From: an uncultured Gemmatimonadales bacterium | Lineage (GTDB): Bacteria > Gemmatimonadota > Gemmatimonadetes > Gemmatimonadales > Gemmatimonadaceae | Direction of reading: 5' to 3' | Assembly (NCBI GenBank): GCA_963850905.1 | Contig: CAWKMU010000003.1 | Span: 160,001 to 224,000, forward strand | Length of the DNA stretch: 64,000 bases | Shown here: positions 11,849-22,069 of the stretch, in pieces | Layout: every line of letters begins with the position of its first letter | How positions within the stretch are numbered: the first letter of the stretch is position 1 | Translations under genes and position numbers: made by a program | The notes under the pieces: model-generated | What the model saw: the letters and a program-made list of their open reading frames with translations, nothing else | Told to the model about the DNA's origin: nothing | Databases searched by the model: none

Positions 11849-13945
11849 TTAAGACTTGACTTTGTTGATGATTTCTTCCGCCTTCGACTTCGGCACTTCC
11901 TCGTAGTGGGCGAACTCCATCGAGTACACGGCACGCCCTTGTGATTGCGACCGGAGCTTGGTGGAATAGCCAAACATCTCCGACAACGGCACCGTCGCCG
12001 CAATGACCTGCGCCTCACCTCGCTGCGTCATGCCGCCGATCTTACCGCGCCGAGCCGCCAGGTCGCCGAGGACGTCACCCATGTAGTCGTTGGGCACCAC
12101 CACCTCGACGTTCATGATCGGCTCGAGCAGCACAGGGTGCGCGCGCTTCGCTGCCTCCTTGTACGCCATCGACCCCGCAATCTTGAACGCGATCTCGCTC
12201 GAGTCGACATCGTGGTATGACCCGTAGGTCAGCTCGACTTTCACATCGACCATCGGATAACCGGCCAGAATGCCGTTCTCGAGTGCTTCCTTGATCCCGT
12301 CCTCGACCGGCCCGATGTACTCTCGCGGAATCACGCCGCCGACGATCTTGTCCTCGAAGATGAACCCTTGGCCCGGCTGCGCAGGCTCCATACTGATCAC
12401 CACGTGGCCGTACTGCCCGCGACCACCGGATTGGCGGATGAACTTGCCCTCCACCTTCTCGACGCGTCGCCGAATCGTTTCGCGATACGCGACCTGCGGC
12501 CGGCCGATGTTGGCGTCGACTTTGAACTCGCGCTGCATGCGGTCGACGATGATCTCGAGGTGCAGCTCGCCCATGCCCGAGATGATCGTCTGCGCCGTTT
12601 CCTCGTCCGTGTGGACGCGGAAGGTCGGGTCCTCCTCCGACAGCTTCGCCAGAGCGATCGCGAGCTTGTCCTGATCGGCCTTGGTCTTCGGCTCGATCGC
12701 GACATCGATCACGGGCGCCGGGAACTTCATCGCCTCGAGGATGATCGGCTTGTCGTCGTCGCACAGCGTATCACCGGTGCGCGTGTCACGCAGACCGATC
12801 GCCGCCGCGATGTCGCCCGCGCGCACTTCCTCGATCTCCTCGCGCTTGTTGGCGTGCATCTGGAGGAGACGGCCGATCCGCTCGCGCTTGTCCTTCACGG
12901 AGTTGTACACGTACGAGCCGGTCGACAAGACGCCCGAGTACACCCGGAGGTACGTCAGCTTCCCGACAAACGGATCCGTGGCGATCTTGAACGCGAGCGC
13001 CGCGAACGGCTCGCTGTCCGAGACGTGTCGCTCGGAGTGCGTCTCATCGTGATGCGGGAGATGCCCGCTGATGGCTTTGACGTCGAGCGGCGCCGGCAGA
13101 TAGTCGATCACGGCGTCAAGCAGCGCCTGCACACCCTTGTTCTTGAACGCCGCGCCGCACAGCACGGGCACGATGTGCCCGCCGATCGTCGCCGTCCGGA
13201 TCGCCCGCTGGATCTCGTCCAGCGTCAGCTCGTGCGAGCTCAGGTACTTCTCCAGCAGCGGCTCATCGTGCTCGACCGCCGCTTCGATGACTTCGTGCCG
13301 CGCCTGCTCCATCGCGTCGCGGTACATCGCGGGGACCTCGATCTCCGTGTAGGTCTTCCCCAGCGTCTCATCGTCGAAGATGACCTGCACGCGTCGCAGC
13401 ACGTCGATATGCCCGGTGAAGAGCTCACCCGACCCGACCGGCAGCTGGATCGGGAACGCCGACTTCGTCAGGCGATCACGAATCATGCGCACGCATCGAT
13501 CAAAGTCCGCGCCCACGCGATCCATCTTGTTCGCGAAGATCAGCCGCGGCACCTCGTACCGATCGGCCTGCCGCCACACGGTCTCGGTCTGCGGCTCCAC
13601 ACCGGCCACCGAGTCCAGCAGCGCCACCGCGCCGTCGAGCACGCGCAGCGACCGCTCGACCTCGACCGTGAAGTCGACATGGCCGGGCGTATCGATGATG
13701 TTGATCCGGTGCTCGATGCCGTGCCGCATCCAGAAGCAGGTCGTGGCCGCAGAGGTAATCGTGATCCCCCGCTCCTGCTCCTGCTCCATCCAGTCCATCG
13801 TCGCGGTCCCTTCGTGGACCTCGCCGATTTTGTAGCTCTTGCCCGTGTAGTACAGGATGCGCTCGGTCGTCGTCGTCTTCCCGGCATTGATGTGGGCCAT
13901 GATGCCGATATTCCGATAACGTTCGAGCGGGGTCATACGCGCCAT
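11849..13945 (-). CDS. fusA: Elongation factor G
   Basis: [42 protein letters not shown]. Confidence 0.99.
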   Translation of the reverse strand: MARMTPLERYRNIGIMAHINAGKTTTTERILYYTGKSYKIGEVHEGTATMDWMEQEQERGITITSAATTCFWMRHGIEHRINIIDTPGHVDFTVEVERSLRVLDGAVALLDSVAGVEPQTETVWRQADRYEVPRLIFANKMDRVGADFDRCVRMIRDRLTKSAFPIQLPVGSGELFTGHIDVLRRVQVIFDDETLGKTYTEIEVPAMYRDAMEQARHEVIEAAVEHDEPLLEKYLSSHELTLDEIQRAIRTATIGGHIVPVLCGAAFKNKGVQALLDAVIDYLPAPLDVKAISGHLPHHDETHSERHVSDSEPFAALAFKIATDPFVGKLTYLRVYSGVLSTGSYVYNSVKDKRERIGRLLQMHANKREEIEEVRAGDIAAAIGLRDTRTGDTLCDDDKPIILEAMKFPAPVIDVAIEPKTKADQDKLAIALAKLSEEDPTFRVHTDEETAQTIISGMGELHLEIIVDRMQREFKVDANIGRPQVAYRETIRRRVEKVEGKFIRQSGGRGQYGHVVISMEPAQPGQGFIFEDKIVGGVIPREYIGPVEDGIKEALENGILAGYPMVDVKVELTYGSYHDVDSSEIAFKIAGSMAYKEAAKRAHPVLLEPIMNVEVVVPNDYMGDVLGDLAARRGKIGGMTQRGEAQVIAATVPLSEMFGYSTKLRSQSQGRAVYSMEFAHYEEVPKSKAEEIINKVKS

Positions 13946-14152
13946 GTGTCGACTCTCTCAATCCCCCGAAGGGGCGTTCTATTCAGCAAAAATGCGGGTG
14001 GACCGAGCACCCCCTTCACAACCGGGGCTGGTATCCATCCGCTCCATCGCCGGGTGCAGCCGCACTCCAACCGCGGCTGGGGACCCTCGGCGCGTCGCCA
14101 GGTGAGCGCGAACGCCCACCGCGACGTCAAATTGTCGTCGATCTGCTACAGC
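13946..14152 (-). promoter_or_regulatory. Structured 5' leader of fusA, possible attenuator
   Basis: Nested inverted repeats at 14048-14092 and 13994-14042 (the latter followed by ATTTTTG on the minus strand); CCCC-TTCG-GGGG tetraloop hairpin at 13963-13974 just before the RBS. Confidence 0.5.
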
Positions 14153-14158
14153 CTGATG

Positions 14159-14186
14159 AAGTTAACCGGACAAAAAGGTGTGTCAA
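14159..14186 (-). promoter_or_regulatory. Sigma70-like promoter for fusA
   Basis: Minus strand TTGACA-N16-TAACTT. Confidence 0.65.
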
Positions 14187-14383
14187 CCGGTGCAAGCCCG
14201 CGTCGACGCAAGGATGAGCGATGAGGACGCGAATAGTCAATTTATCGCACCCTACGACCTCGACGCCGGCCGTCGAGCCCTCACCAACTCTCTACCTGTA
14301 CAACCGGGCGCGGCCGGGCGATGTTGTTGCATGCTGCCACGGCCCGGGTTGAACAACTCACTGGACGTGGCGGGCACCTCTCT

Positions 14384-14989
14384 GTGACGACGAAACTTGG
14401 CGCCGATCTGCTCGAGCACACCCTGGTGTATCGGGTGTGGCAAGCGCCCTTCGCGGAGCGGAAATTCGCGCCGATTCGGGCCCACAACGACCTGACGGCT
14501 GTCCGCCGGGTCCTCGATGTGGGGTGTGGTCCCGGCACGAATACGCATCACTTCGCCAACGCAGACTATCTCGGCATCGACATTAACGCCGCGTATATCG
14601 AGGCGGCCCGGCGTCGCACGGGACGCCGGTTCGTCGCAGCTGACGCCACGACGTTTACCGTCGATCCCGCGGAGCGATTCGATTTTATCTTCCTCAATAG
14701 CTTTCTGCATCATATTGACACGCCCGACGTCATGCGGCTGCTCCGGCATCTGGCGACGCTGCTGAGCGACGACGGACGGGTGCATATTCTCGACTTGATC
14801 CTACCCCCAACATCGTCTGTCGCACGGACACTGGCACAGTGGGATCGTGGCCACCACGCCAGACCGCTCGACGAGTGGACGAGCATTTTTACCGATGCCT
14901 TCGTTCCAGAGATCCAAGAACCGTATCGCCTCAGCACAGCAGGCGTGACACTCTGGAACATGTTGTACTTCCGGGGCCGTCGCCCGTGA
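14384..14989 (+). CDS. Class I SAM-dependent methyltransferase
   Basis: VLDVGCGPG motif I, YLGIDIN, FDFIFLNSFLHH; GTG start at 14384 uncertain (ORF open from 14321). Confidence 0.88.
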   Translation: MTTKLGADLLEHTLVYRVWQAPFAERKFAPIRAHNDLTAVRRVLDVGCGPGTNTHHFANADYLGIDINAAYIEAARRRTGRRFVAADATTFTVDPAERFDFIFLNSFLHHIDTPDVMRLLRHLATLLSDDGRVHILDLILPPTSSVARTLAQWDRGHHARPLDEWTSIFTDAFVPEIQEPYRLSTAGVTLWNMLYFRGRRP

Positions 14990-16023
14990 CGGAGACCAAG
15001 GGCACAGACGGCGTTCATTCGGCCGGTGCCCTCGCCCTCGAACCCAGCAGTCTACGGCCGGCACGCCCGCCACGGATATCGGTTGCAATCCCGCTGTACA
15101 ACGAGGAGCACGGCGTCCTCGAGTTACTCCGCCGGGTCTCGGCCGTGCTGGACACGCTGAGTGGCGGTCCCCACCAGATCGTCATCGTCGATGATGGCAG
15201 CCGTGATCGGACGATGGAGTATCTGGAGAAGGTCGCCGCCACGGATGCCAGGATCGTCGTCATTGCGCTGTCGCGCAATTTCGGGCACCAGGCGGCGTTG
15301 ACTGCTGCGCTCGACTACGTCACGGGAGATGCGACCGTCCTCATGGATGGCGACCTTCAGGACCCGCCGGAAGCGATCCCCGAGTTCGTACGGCAGTTCG
15401 AGCTGGGCTTCGATGTCGTCTACGCACAACGCGTGCGTCGTAAAGAGCCGTGGCCGTTGCGGGCGTCATACTACCTGTTCTATCGTTTGATGCGCCGCCT
15501 GTCCGATCTGCCGGTCCCGATCGACGCGGGAGATTTCGGCCTGATGTCGGCGCGCGTCATTCGACAGATCCGGGCCACGCCGGAACGCAATCGGTACCTC
15601 CGAGGCCTGCGCGCCTGGGCGGGATTCCGACAGGTGGGCATCCCCATCGAGCGGAGCGAGCGGTTTACAGGCGAGAGCAAATACAGCCCGTTAAAGCTGT
15701 TGCGACTCGCGTCCGATGGCATCTTCGCATTCTCCATCGTCCCGCTCCGGGCAGCCGCCCTCGTCGGACTGGCCAGCATCACGTTCGCCGTCTTGTTTGC
15801 GGCCTACGCCGTCTACGCGAGGGTGGCACTCCACCGATCCCCGGCCGGCTTCACGGCCCTCACCATCCTGATCACGTTCCTGGCCGGCGTGCATTTGCTG
15901 TTCCTCGGCGTGATCGGTGAATACGTGGGCCGCGTGTACGAGGAAGTGAAGGCCCGACCCGTGTACATCGTGGGTCGCGTCGTCCGTCACGACGCCGAAC
16001 GCCACGCGACGCCGGGGAGCTGA
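14986..16023 (+). CDS. GT2 polyprenol-phosphate glycosyltransferase (GtrB/ArnC/DPM-like)
   Basis: IPLYNEE, VDDGSRD, LSRNFGHQAAL, MDGDLQDPPE, GDFGLM, two C-terminal TM helices, GEYVGRVYEEVKARP; GTGA overlap with the upstream gene. Confidence 0.93.
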   Translation: MTETKGTDGVHSAGALALEPSSLRPARPPRISVAIPLYNEEHGVLELLRRVSAVLDTLSGGPHQIVIVDDGSRDRTMEYLEKVAATDARIVVIALSRNFGHQAALTAALDYVTGDATVLMDGDLQDPPEAIPEFVRQFELGFDVVYAQRVRRKEPWPLRASYYLFYRLMRRLSDLPVPIDAGDFGLMSARVIRQIRATPERNRYLRGLRAWAGFRQVGIPIERSERFTGESKYSPLKLLRLASDGIFAFSIVPLRAAALVGLASITFAVLFAAYAVYARVALHRSPAGFTALTILITFLAGVHLLFLGVIGEYVGRVYEEVKARPVYIVGRVVRHDAERHATPGS

Positions 16024-16029
16024 TCAAGG

Positions 16030-16797
16030 GTGGATTCCGAGTATGCGCGCCACTATCGCACCTTGTTCGAGGAGCATTGGTGGTGGCGGGCGCGTGAAGC
16101 GGTCATTCTGAGCGTCCTCCGACGATATCGGCCTGCGGGCGGTTGGTCGCGAGCGCTCGATATTGGATGCGGCGATGGGTTGTTCTTCGAGCGCCTCGCC
16201 GCATTCGCGCCGGTAGTCGAAGGCATCGAGCCGGCCAGCGAGCTCGTGACGGATGCTGGGCGCAAGCTCGGCACGATCCACGAGGTGCCATTCGATGAGC
16301 GATTTGCACCTGCGCAGCGCTACGGCCTGATCCTCATGCTCGACGTCCTCGAGCACCTCGATCACCCCGCGTCGGCCCTCGCGCACGCCCTCGATTTGCT
16401 CCAACCAGGCGGCATGATGCTGGTCACCGTGCCGGCCTTCCTGGCACTGTGGACTCGTCACGACGAGGTCAATCACCACCGCACCCGCTACTCCCGGTCG
16501 AGCTTTACGCAGCTCGCGGAGCCCACGGGTTTCGAGATCGATTGGACTGAGTACTGTTTTCACTGGACCGCCCCGGTCAAGCTGGTGCAGCGTGCGGTCG
16601 AGGCGGTCACTCCTGGCCCTCCCCGCGCCCCGACGATCCCCGCTGCACCCGTCAACCGGCTTCTGTACCTGGGCTCGCGACTGGAGCGGGCGCTGCTCGC
16701 CCCCCTGCGCCTTCCATTCGGGACATCACTGCTCGTGGTAGGAGGGCGGCGCGGCGAGCGCGACCAGCGTCACCAGGGGCCGGCACCTATCAAATAG
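16030..16797 (+). CDS. Class I SAM-dependent methyltransferase of the type often found beside glycosyltransferases
   Basis: EEHWWW..R, LDIGCGDG, LDVLEHL, VTVPAF..LW..HDEVNHH.TRY. Confidence 0.9.
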   Translation: MDSEYARHYRTLFEEHWWWRAREAVILSVLRRYRPAGGWSRALDIGCGDGLFFERLAAFAPVVEGIEPASELVTDAGRKLGTIHEVPFDERFAPAQRYGLILMLDVLEHLDHPASALAHALDLLQPGGMMLVTVPAFLALWTRHDEVNHHRTRYSRSSFTQLAEPTGFEIDWTEYCFHWTAPVKLVQRAVEAVTPGPPRAPTIPAAPVNRLLYLGSRLERALLAPLRLPFGTSLLVVGGRRGERDQRHQGPAPIK

Positions 16798-16820
16798 ATG
16801 ATGAAGGCCAGCCAATGGAC

Positions 16821-16849
16821 GAAGGCCAGCGACGTCGTCGCTGGCCTTC
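16821..16849. terminator. Probable bidirectional terminator hairpin between convergent methyltransferase and rpsG
   Basis: Perfect 13-bp inverted repeat GAAGGCCAGCGAC-gtc-GTCGCTGGCCTTC; weak U-tracts. Confidence 0.6.
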
Positions 16850-16887
16850 AACCCCCTAACTCGTAGTCCCCAAATCGCTTCGGACGA

Positions 16888-17358
16888 TTACCACCGGTAG
16901 TGCGCGAATGCCTTGTTCGCCTCAGCCATACGATGCGTGTCGTCCTTCTTCTTAATGGAGTTCCCCTCACCCTTGGCCGCCGCAATTACCTCGGCCGCCA
17001 GCCGCTCGGGCAGCGATTTCTCGTTCCGCTCGCGCGTGTAGGTGATCAGCCACCGCATCGCCAACGTCGTCCGCCGTTCCGGCCGGACCTCGACTGGCAC
17101 CTGGTAGGTCGCGCCGCCGACGCGCCGGCTCTTCACTTCGACGACAGGCTTGAGGTTCGACAACGCCTGCTTGAACACCGTCACCCCAGGCTGGCTGGTC
17201 CGCTGTTCCACCAGATCCATCGCGTTGTAAAACAGCCGCTCGGCCAGCGACTTCTTGCCCTGCAGCATCATCGCATTGATGAACTTCGATACGGTCTGGC
17301 TGTCATACCGCGCGTCCGGCAGGATGGGACGCTTCACCGACTTCTTGCGTCGACTCAC
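16888..17358 (-). CDS. rpsG: 30S ribosomal protein S7
   Basis: [33 protein letters not shown]. Confidence 0.98.
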   Translation of the reverse strand: MSRRKKSVKRPILPDARYDSQTVSKFINAMMLQGKKSLAERLFYNAMDLVEQRTSQPGVTVFKQALSNLKPVVEVKSRRVGGATYQVPVEVRPERRTTLAMRWLITYTRERNEKSLPERLAAEVIAAAKGEGNSIKKKDDTHRMAEANKAFAHYRW

Positions 17359-17753
17359 GACTTCTTACCTCCGGCAGCGCCACCCTTGGGCTTCTTGGTG
17401 CCGTATTTTGAGCGACTCTGATTCCGGCCGGTCACCCCGGAAGCGTCCAGGCTGCCCCGCACAATGTGATAGCGGACGCCCGGGAGATCCTTCACACGGC
17501 CGCCCCGAATCAACACGATGGAATGCTCTTGCAGGTTGTGACCTTCGCCCGGAATGTAGGCCGTCACCTCGAAGCCGTTCGTCAGTCGGACGCGCGCGAC
17601 TTTGCGTAGCGCCGAGTTGGGCTTCTTGGGCGTAGTCGTGTACACGCGCGTGCACACACCACGCTTTTGAGGATTCGACCGGAGCGCGGGGGCCTTTTCC
17701 TTCTTGATCACGTCGCGGCGGCTTTGCCGGACGAGTTGATTGATAGTCGGCAT
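17355..17753 (-). CDS. rpsL: 30S ribosomal protein S12
   Basis: [32 protein letters not shown]. Confidence 0.99.
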   Translation of the reverse strand: MPTINQLVRQSRRDVIKKEKAPALRSNPQKRGVCTRVYTTTPKKPNSALRKVARVRLTNGFEVTAYIPGEGHNLQEHSIVLIRGGRVKDLPGVRYHIVRGSLDASGVTGRNQSRSKYGTKKPKGGAAGGKKS

Positions 17754-17808
17754 GTCTCGGGATGTAGAACGTGCGCCCCGAAACGGCCCGCCTCGGGACA
17801 GACCTGGA

Positions 17809-17837
17809 AACGTAAGTACCACGCCACCTTAGTTCAA
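17809..17837 (-). promoter_or_regulatory. Sigma70-like promoter for rpsL-rpsG
   Basis: Minus strand TTGAAC-N17-TACGTT about 55 nt upstream of the rpsL ATG. Confidence 0.5.
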
Positions 17838-17981
17838 GCTGCGTGGGCTCGGGACTGGTCAATCCGAAGGCCCAACTTACCTATCGACGAGCGTTGCCAC
17901 GTGCGATACATATATTGGCCGCCGGCCCCTCGATCCCCGTCCTTCCCCATCGGGCAACGCCCGTTCAGGCCTTCCCTCCCC

Positions 17982-19364
17982 ATGGACCGTCTCCGTTCCG
18001 CTCGACCGCTGACGAGCCTCGCGGTCACCCTGGTGACGCTCGCCCTCTTCCATACAGACCCCGCAGCCGCTCAGAGCGCGGTGATGACCGGGCCGGCTGG
18101 ATCCGCCCCCCAACGAGCGGCCCCACCCGCGGCGCCCGTCGTCCTTCGACCTGCAGCCGTCTTTGACGGCGCCGATCTGCACCAGGGCTGGGTTGTGGTG
18201 GTGCGTGGGAATTCGATCGAGGCGGCCGGCCCAGCTGGTCAGGTCAGCGTGCCGCGCGACGCGACGGCGATCGACCTGGCAGGAATGACGCTGCTACCGG
18301 GCCTGATCGACGCACACTCGCACGTCTTTCTGCATCCCTACAACGAAACGCTGTGGAACACGCAGGTGCTGCAGGAACCGCTTGCAGTGCGCACCGCGCG
18401 GGCCGTCGTGCATGTCCACAATACGCTCATGGCTGGTTTCACGATGCTACGCGACCTGGGAACCGAAGGCGCGGGCAACAGTGATGTCGGCATCAAGCAG
18501 GCGATCGAGCAAGGGATCATCCCCGGGCCTCGCATGCTCGTCGTGACGCGGGCGATTGTCGCGACCGGCTCGTACGGCCCCCCGCGCTGGGCGTACGCGT
18601 TCGACCCGCCGGAGGGCGCGCAGGAAGCCAGCGGCCCCGATATCCAGCGAGTCGTTCGCGAGCAGATCGGTGAGGGCGCCGACTGGATCAAGCTGTACGG
18701 CGACTACTCCTGGGGCCCGCACCACGAGGCTGAACCGACCTTCACACCCGCCGAGATGGCGCTCGCCGTCGAGACCGCACACTCGTCTGGCCGATCGGTC
18801 GCCGTGCACGCCACGACTGCCGAGGGAATTCGAAGGGCAGTCGAGGCGGGCGTCGAGACGATCGAGCACGGCGACAACGCGACACCCGAAGTGCTCCGGG
18901 AGATGGCGACGCGCCACATCGCCCTCGTCCCTACGCTCGCCGCGACGGAAGCCACTGCGATCTATTTCCAGAACTGGCACCGCGGCGATCCGGAAACGCC
19001 GTCGATGCAACGCAAGCGCGCACTGATGCGCGCGGCGCTCGATGCGGGCGTCACCATCGCGAACGGGAGCGATGTGGGAGTCTTCACGCACGGCGACAAC
19101 GCCCGGGAGATCGAGCTCCTGGTCGACTATGGGATGACTCCGATTGCCGCGCTCCGGTCCGCAACATCGATCAATGCCACGGTGCTCCACATGGACACCC
19201 AGATCGGTCGCGTCACGCCGGGCCTCAAAGCGGATCTCATTGCGGTGACCGGTGACCCCACGCGTGACATCAGCGCCCTTCGGCGCGTGACGCTGGTGAT
19301 CAAGGACGGGGTCGTGTACAAGCGACCGAATGCACCGGCGCTGGCGTCCGTCAGTGGCCGGTGA
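17982..19364 (+). CDS. Exported metal-dependent amidohydrolase (Xaa-Pro dipeptidase-like subgroup)
   Basis: LLPGLIDAHSH (HxH), WIKLY, AVHA, IEHG, ANGSD, GLKADLIAV; signal-peptide-like N-terminus ending AAA. Confidence 0.88.
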   Translation: MDRLRSARPLTSLAVTLVTLALFHTDPAAAQSAVMTGPAGSAPQRAAPPAAPVVLRPAAVFDGADLHQGWVVVVRGNSIEAAGPAGQVSVPRDATAIDLAGMTLLPGLIDAHSHVFLHPYNETLWNTQVLQEPLAVRTARAVVHVHNTLMAGFTMLRDLGTEGAGNSDVGIKQAIEQGIIPGPRMLVVTRAIVATGSYGPPRWAYAFDPPEGAQEASGPDIQRVVREQIGEGADWIKLYGDYSWGPHHEAEPTFTPAEMALAVETAHSSGRSVAVHATTAEGIRRAVEAGVETIEHGDNATPEVLREMATRHIALVPTLAATEATAIYFQNWHRGDPETPSMQRKRALMRAALDAGVTIANGSDVGVFTHGDNAREIELLVDYGMTPIAALRSATSINATVLHMDTQIGRVTPGLKADLIAVTGDPTRDISALRRVTLVIKDGVVYKRPNAPALASVSGR

Positions 19365-19394
19365 GAGACCCGCGCCACACCTGTTGCGAGACCG

Positions 19395-19643
19395 TTACTG
19401 ACCCTGCGAGCCCCCGCTGGTCCGCGCCCGCTCGGAGGAACCGCCCTTCGTCAAGACGATCACTCGCCAGCCCTGACCCGACAGGATAGGAATATTTGCT
19501 CCCGTCGGGCCTCGCAGCGAGACCCGGTCCGGGTTCACGGTACCACGCGCAACCAGGTGGCCTTTATCGTCCTTGATGACGACATCGGCGCCGACCGGGA
19601 GTTGTTCGAGTTGCCATTCGACGGTGGTGTTCGCGCGGGACAT
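19395..19643 (-). CDS. Small hypothetical protein
   Basis: 82 aa from MSRANTT with protein-like beta-rich composition; no recognised motif. Confidence 0.4.
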   Translation of the reverse strand: MSRANTTVEWQLEQLPVGADVVIKDDKGHLVARGTVNPDRVSLRGPTGANIPILSGQGWRVIVLTKGGSSERARTSGGSQGQ

Positions 19644-19833
19644 CAACGACCGACGACCCGCGCCGCGCGGCGTCACCCTGTCCCGCAAAGGCCACACAAT
19701 GCTGTCCCTGAAAGTGGGCAATGTCGCGCGCCCGCTCAGGCCGCGCGCCGGTCGTCGATCGTACTTCGGCAATGTTCAGGTTGCATCCGAGAGGCGCTGT
19801 CTGTCCTCTCGTGCGCCTCGTCGCTGGAAGCGG

Positions 19834-21342
19834 CTACGCGGCGACTTCCGCCAGGGCACGAGCGGGCGGCCCGTCGATCTCCACCTCCCGCCGGGACGCA
19901 AAGCGCATGTGCGACAGCGAGTACACTCCCACCATCCCGTACCCCATAGCGAACAGCAATGTGAACGGGATCGCACCAAACTGCCGGAGATGGATCGCGA
20001 GGGCGAGCGCCGTCCAGGAGAAGCCAGAGAGGAGGAACTCGCCGACAACGCTCCAGGACGCGCGACTCCGGTACCGACCACTCGCCCGGGTCGTGCGGTA
20101 CGACGTGACACGGTACTTGGGGGTTCGCTCGAACGGGCTGCGCTTCCCAAGAAGTCCCTCCAACGCTGCACGCGCGTTGTGCACGCTCATCCCGATCGAC
20201 AGCGCAAGGAATAGCGGGAACCGCGCGATCCGTAGCTGCCATGACCCGCCAAGGACGCGGGCCGCCGTGTAGTAGCAGAGGAAGGTCCCCGAAAATGCGA
20301 GCAGATAGTAGAGCGAGATCGGCCAGATGATCTTGAGGTGGCGCGCGCCCGCAGCGAACACCACAAACGGGCTGAGGACCGTCAGCACGATGAGCAGCGG
20401 ATACGCAAGGCTGCTGAGCAAGTGCATGGTGCCCTGCCACTTCACCGACGCCGGCATCGCCGATCGCCACAGCCGAGGCAAGACCTTCCGTGCCGTCTCC
20501 TGCGCGCCCTTTGTCCACCGGAACTGTTGAGCTTTCAGACTGTGCATGTCCGCGGGGATCTCCGACGGGCAGACGACATCGGGCAGGTACTTCGCGCGCC
20601 ATCCAACCAATTGCGCACGATAGCTGAGATCGAGGTCCTCCGTGATCGTATCGTCCTGCCAGCCGCCTGCGTCGGCGATGGCTTCCCGCCGCAGAATGCC
20701 AGCTGTTCCATTAAAGTTCAGAAACCAGCCAGCCCAACAGCGAGCAGACTGCTCCACGACAAAGTGACCATCCAGGGCGAGCGCGGTCGCTCGAGTCAGC
20801 TCCGAGTACGCGTCGTTGAAGTATGTCCAGCGGGTCTGAACGATTCCGATGCGCGGGTCCACGAAGTGTGGCAGGGTGCGGCGCAAGAAATCGCGCGGAA
20901 CGACGAAGTCCGCGTCGAACACAGCAATGAACTCTCCCCGGGCATGATCGAATCCATGCGCCAAGGCACCACTCTTGAACCCCTTTCGGCTGTCGCGGTG
21001 TAAGTGGACGATCGGGACACCGCGGGATTGATGATCGAGGACGAGTCGTCGCGTGAGTTCGAGCGTCTCATCCGTCGAGTCGTCCAGTACTTGAATCTCG
21101 AGCCGGTCACGCGGATAGTCGACTTCGCAGGCGGAACGGATGACGCGCTCAGCGACGTAGAGCTCGTTGAAGAGCGGCAACTGAATGGTGACGAACGGAT
21201 CAATCGCGGGGCCGACGGCGTTCACTTCCTTTGTACGGCGGCGCAAGAAAACCGCAACTAACGCGGCATGATTCAGACTGTAGAGCGAAAGACCGAAGAG
21301 CGCTATGCCATATGCAATTACAATGGCCAGCCATAAGCTCAT
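19834..21342 (-). CDS. Processive GT2 glycosyltransferase, cellulose-synthase-like (CslA-type)
   Basis: QLPLFNE, LDDSTD, GFKSGAL, FDADF, FNGTAG, TEDLD, QQFRW (D,D,D,QxxRW); N- and C-terminal TM helices. Confidence 0.92.
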   Translation of the reverse strand: MSLWLAIVIAYGIALFGLSLYSLNHAALVAVFLRRRTKEVNAVGPAIDPFVTIQLPLFNELYVAERVIRSACEVDYPRDRLEIQVLDDSTDETLELTRRLVLDHQSRGVPIVHLHRDSRKGFKSGALAHGFDHARGEFIAVFDADFVVPRDFLRRTLPHFVDPRIGIVQTRWTYFNDAYSELTRATALALDGHFVVEQSARCWAGWFLNFNGTAGILRREAIADAGGWQDDTITEDLDLSYRAQLVGWRAKYLPDVVCPSEIPADMHSLKAQQFRWTKGAQETARKVLPRLWRSAMPASVKWQGTMHLLSSLAYPLLIVLTVLSPFVVFAAGARHLKIIWPISLYYLLAFSGTFLCYYTAARVLGGSWQLRIARFPLFLALSIGMSVHNARAALEGLLGKRSPFERTPKYRVTSYRTTRASGRYRSRASWSVVGEFLLSGFSWTALALAIHLRQFGAIPFTLLFAMGYGMVGVYSLSHMRFASRREVEIDGPPARALAEVAA

Positions 21343-21439
21343 GGACCAATGTCCTCAGCGAAGTACCGTGGCCAGCAAAAGCCTGCGGCCACAAGTTATA
21401 ACAGCGTTGGGCTGTCGAATAGGGAGGGTGGCTGGACTC

Positions 21440-22069
21440 ATGGTCTATGTCATCACCTGTGCGGTCGCCCTCGCTGCCTGCGGCGACTCCGATACGACGC
21501 CCGGCCGCCCTGGATCGCCCGCGTACAGCACAGCTGTCCCCGACACACCGCCTCCTGGCTTTGCAATGCTCATGCTCGCACCCGCGAACCCACCGCCTCC
21601 CACGAGCGCAACTGGGGCCAACGCACCGTCCGGGTCATTTTGGTACCGCATGGCGACCCCCGCCGCGGACGGGTCCACGGCGTTCGAATGGTACGTACAA
21701 GCTCAACATATGGCCGCCGACCGCGCATTCCGCGTCGAGTTCAACGTCGATGGTCGCTCGATATACTCGGTCGGATCGGCCCGGACCGATGGCTTCGGAG
21801 TGTTGGCCGCGCATGGTACGCTGAAGCGCTTTGCGGACCAATACTGTGTCGGCCAGCCAACCGTACCGGTGCCGATTGACGGCACCCACGTTGTGGCCGT
21901 TGCGATCAAAGCGGATGGCTCAGGCAAGGCCGGCGGTCCCGCGGGCGGACTGATGGACTTCCAACGATCGCTCGCGTGTAACGGGAATGGTGACGGAGCA
22001 TTCGAATACTGGTTGGTCACGCGTGAGGCGGTCCATCTCACCGCACAGCCGACCGCGGCAGCGCAGTAG
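21440..22069 (+). CDS. Hypothetical lipoprotein, paralog of 25215-25793
   Basis: Lipobox LAA-C; shares VE.N.DGR, TL.RF....C.G and C.GNGD..F.Y with the 25.2 kb ORF. Confidence 0.75.
   Translation: MVYVITCAVALAACGDSDTTPGRPGSPAYSTAVPDTPPPGFAMLMLAPANPPPPTSATGANAPSGSFWYRMATPAADGSTAFEWYVQAQHMAADRAFRVEFNVDGRSIYSVGSARTDGFGVLAAHGTLKRFADQYCVGQPTVPVPIDGTHVVAVAIKADGSGKAGGPAGGLMDFQRSLACNGNGDGAFEYWLVTREAVHLTAQPTAAAQ

Noticed and set aside
14384..16797. Methyltransferases acting on ribosomal proteins or rRNA because of their position in the str operon
   Set aside because: They are on the opposite strand, closely linked to a GtrB-like GT2 (one overlaps it, one starts 6 nt after it), and resemble glycan-cluster methyltransferases rather than PrmA/Rsm/Rlm enzymes
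17355..17753. Streptomycin-resistance substitutions in S12 (rifampicin region of RpoB also checked)
   Set aside because: The TPKKPNSA and RVKDLPG motifs are wild type, and the visible RpoB cluster I residues also look wild type
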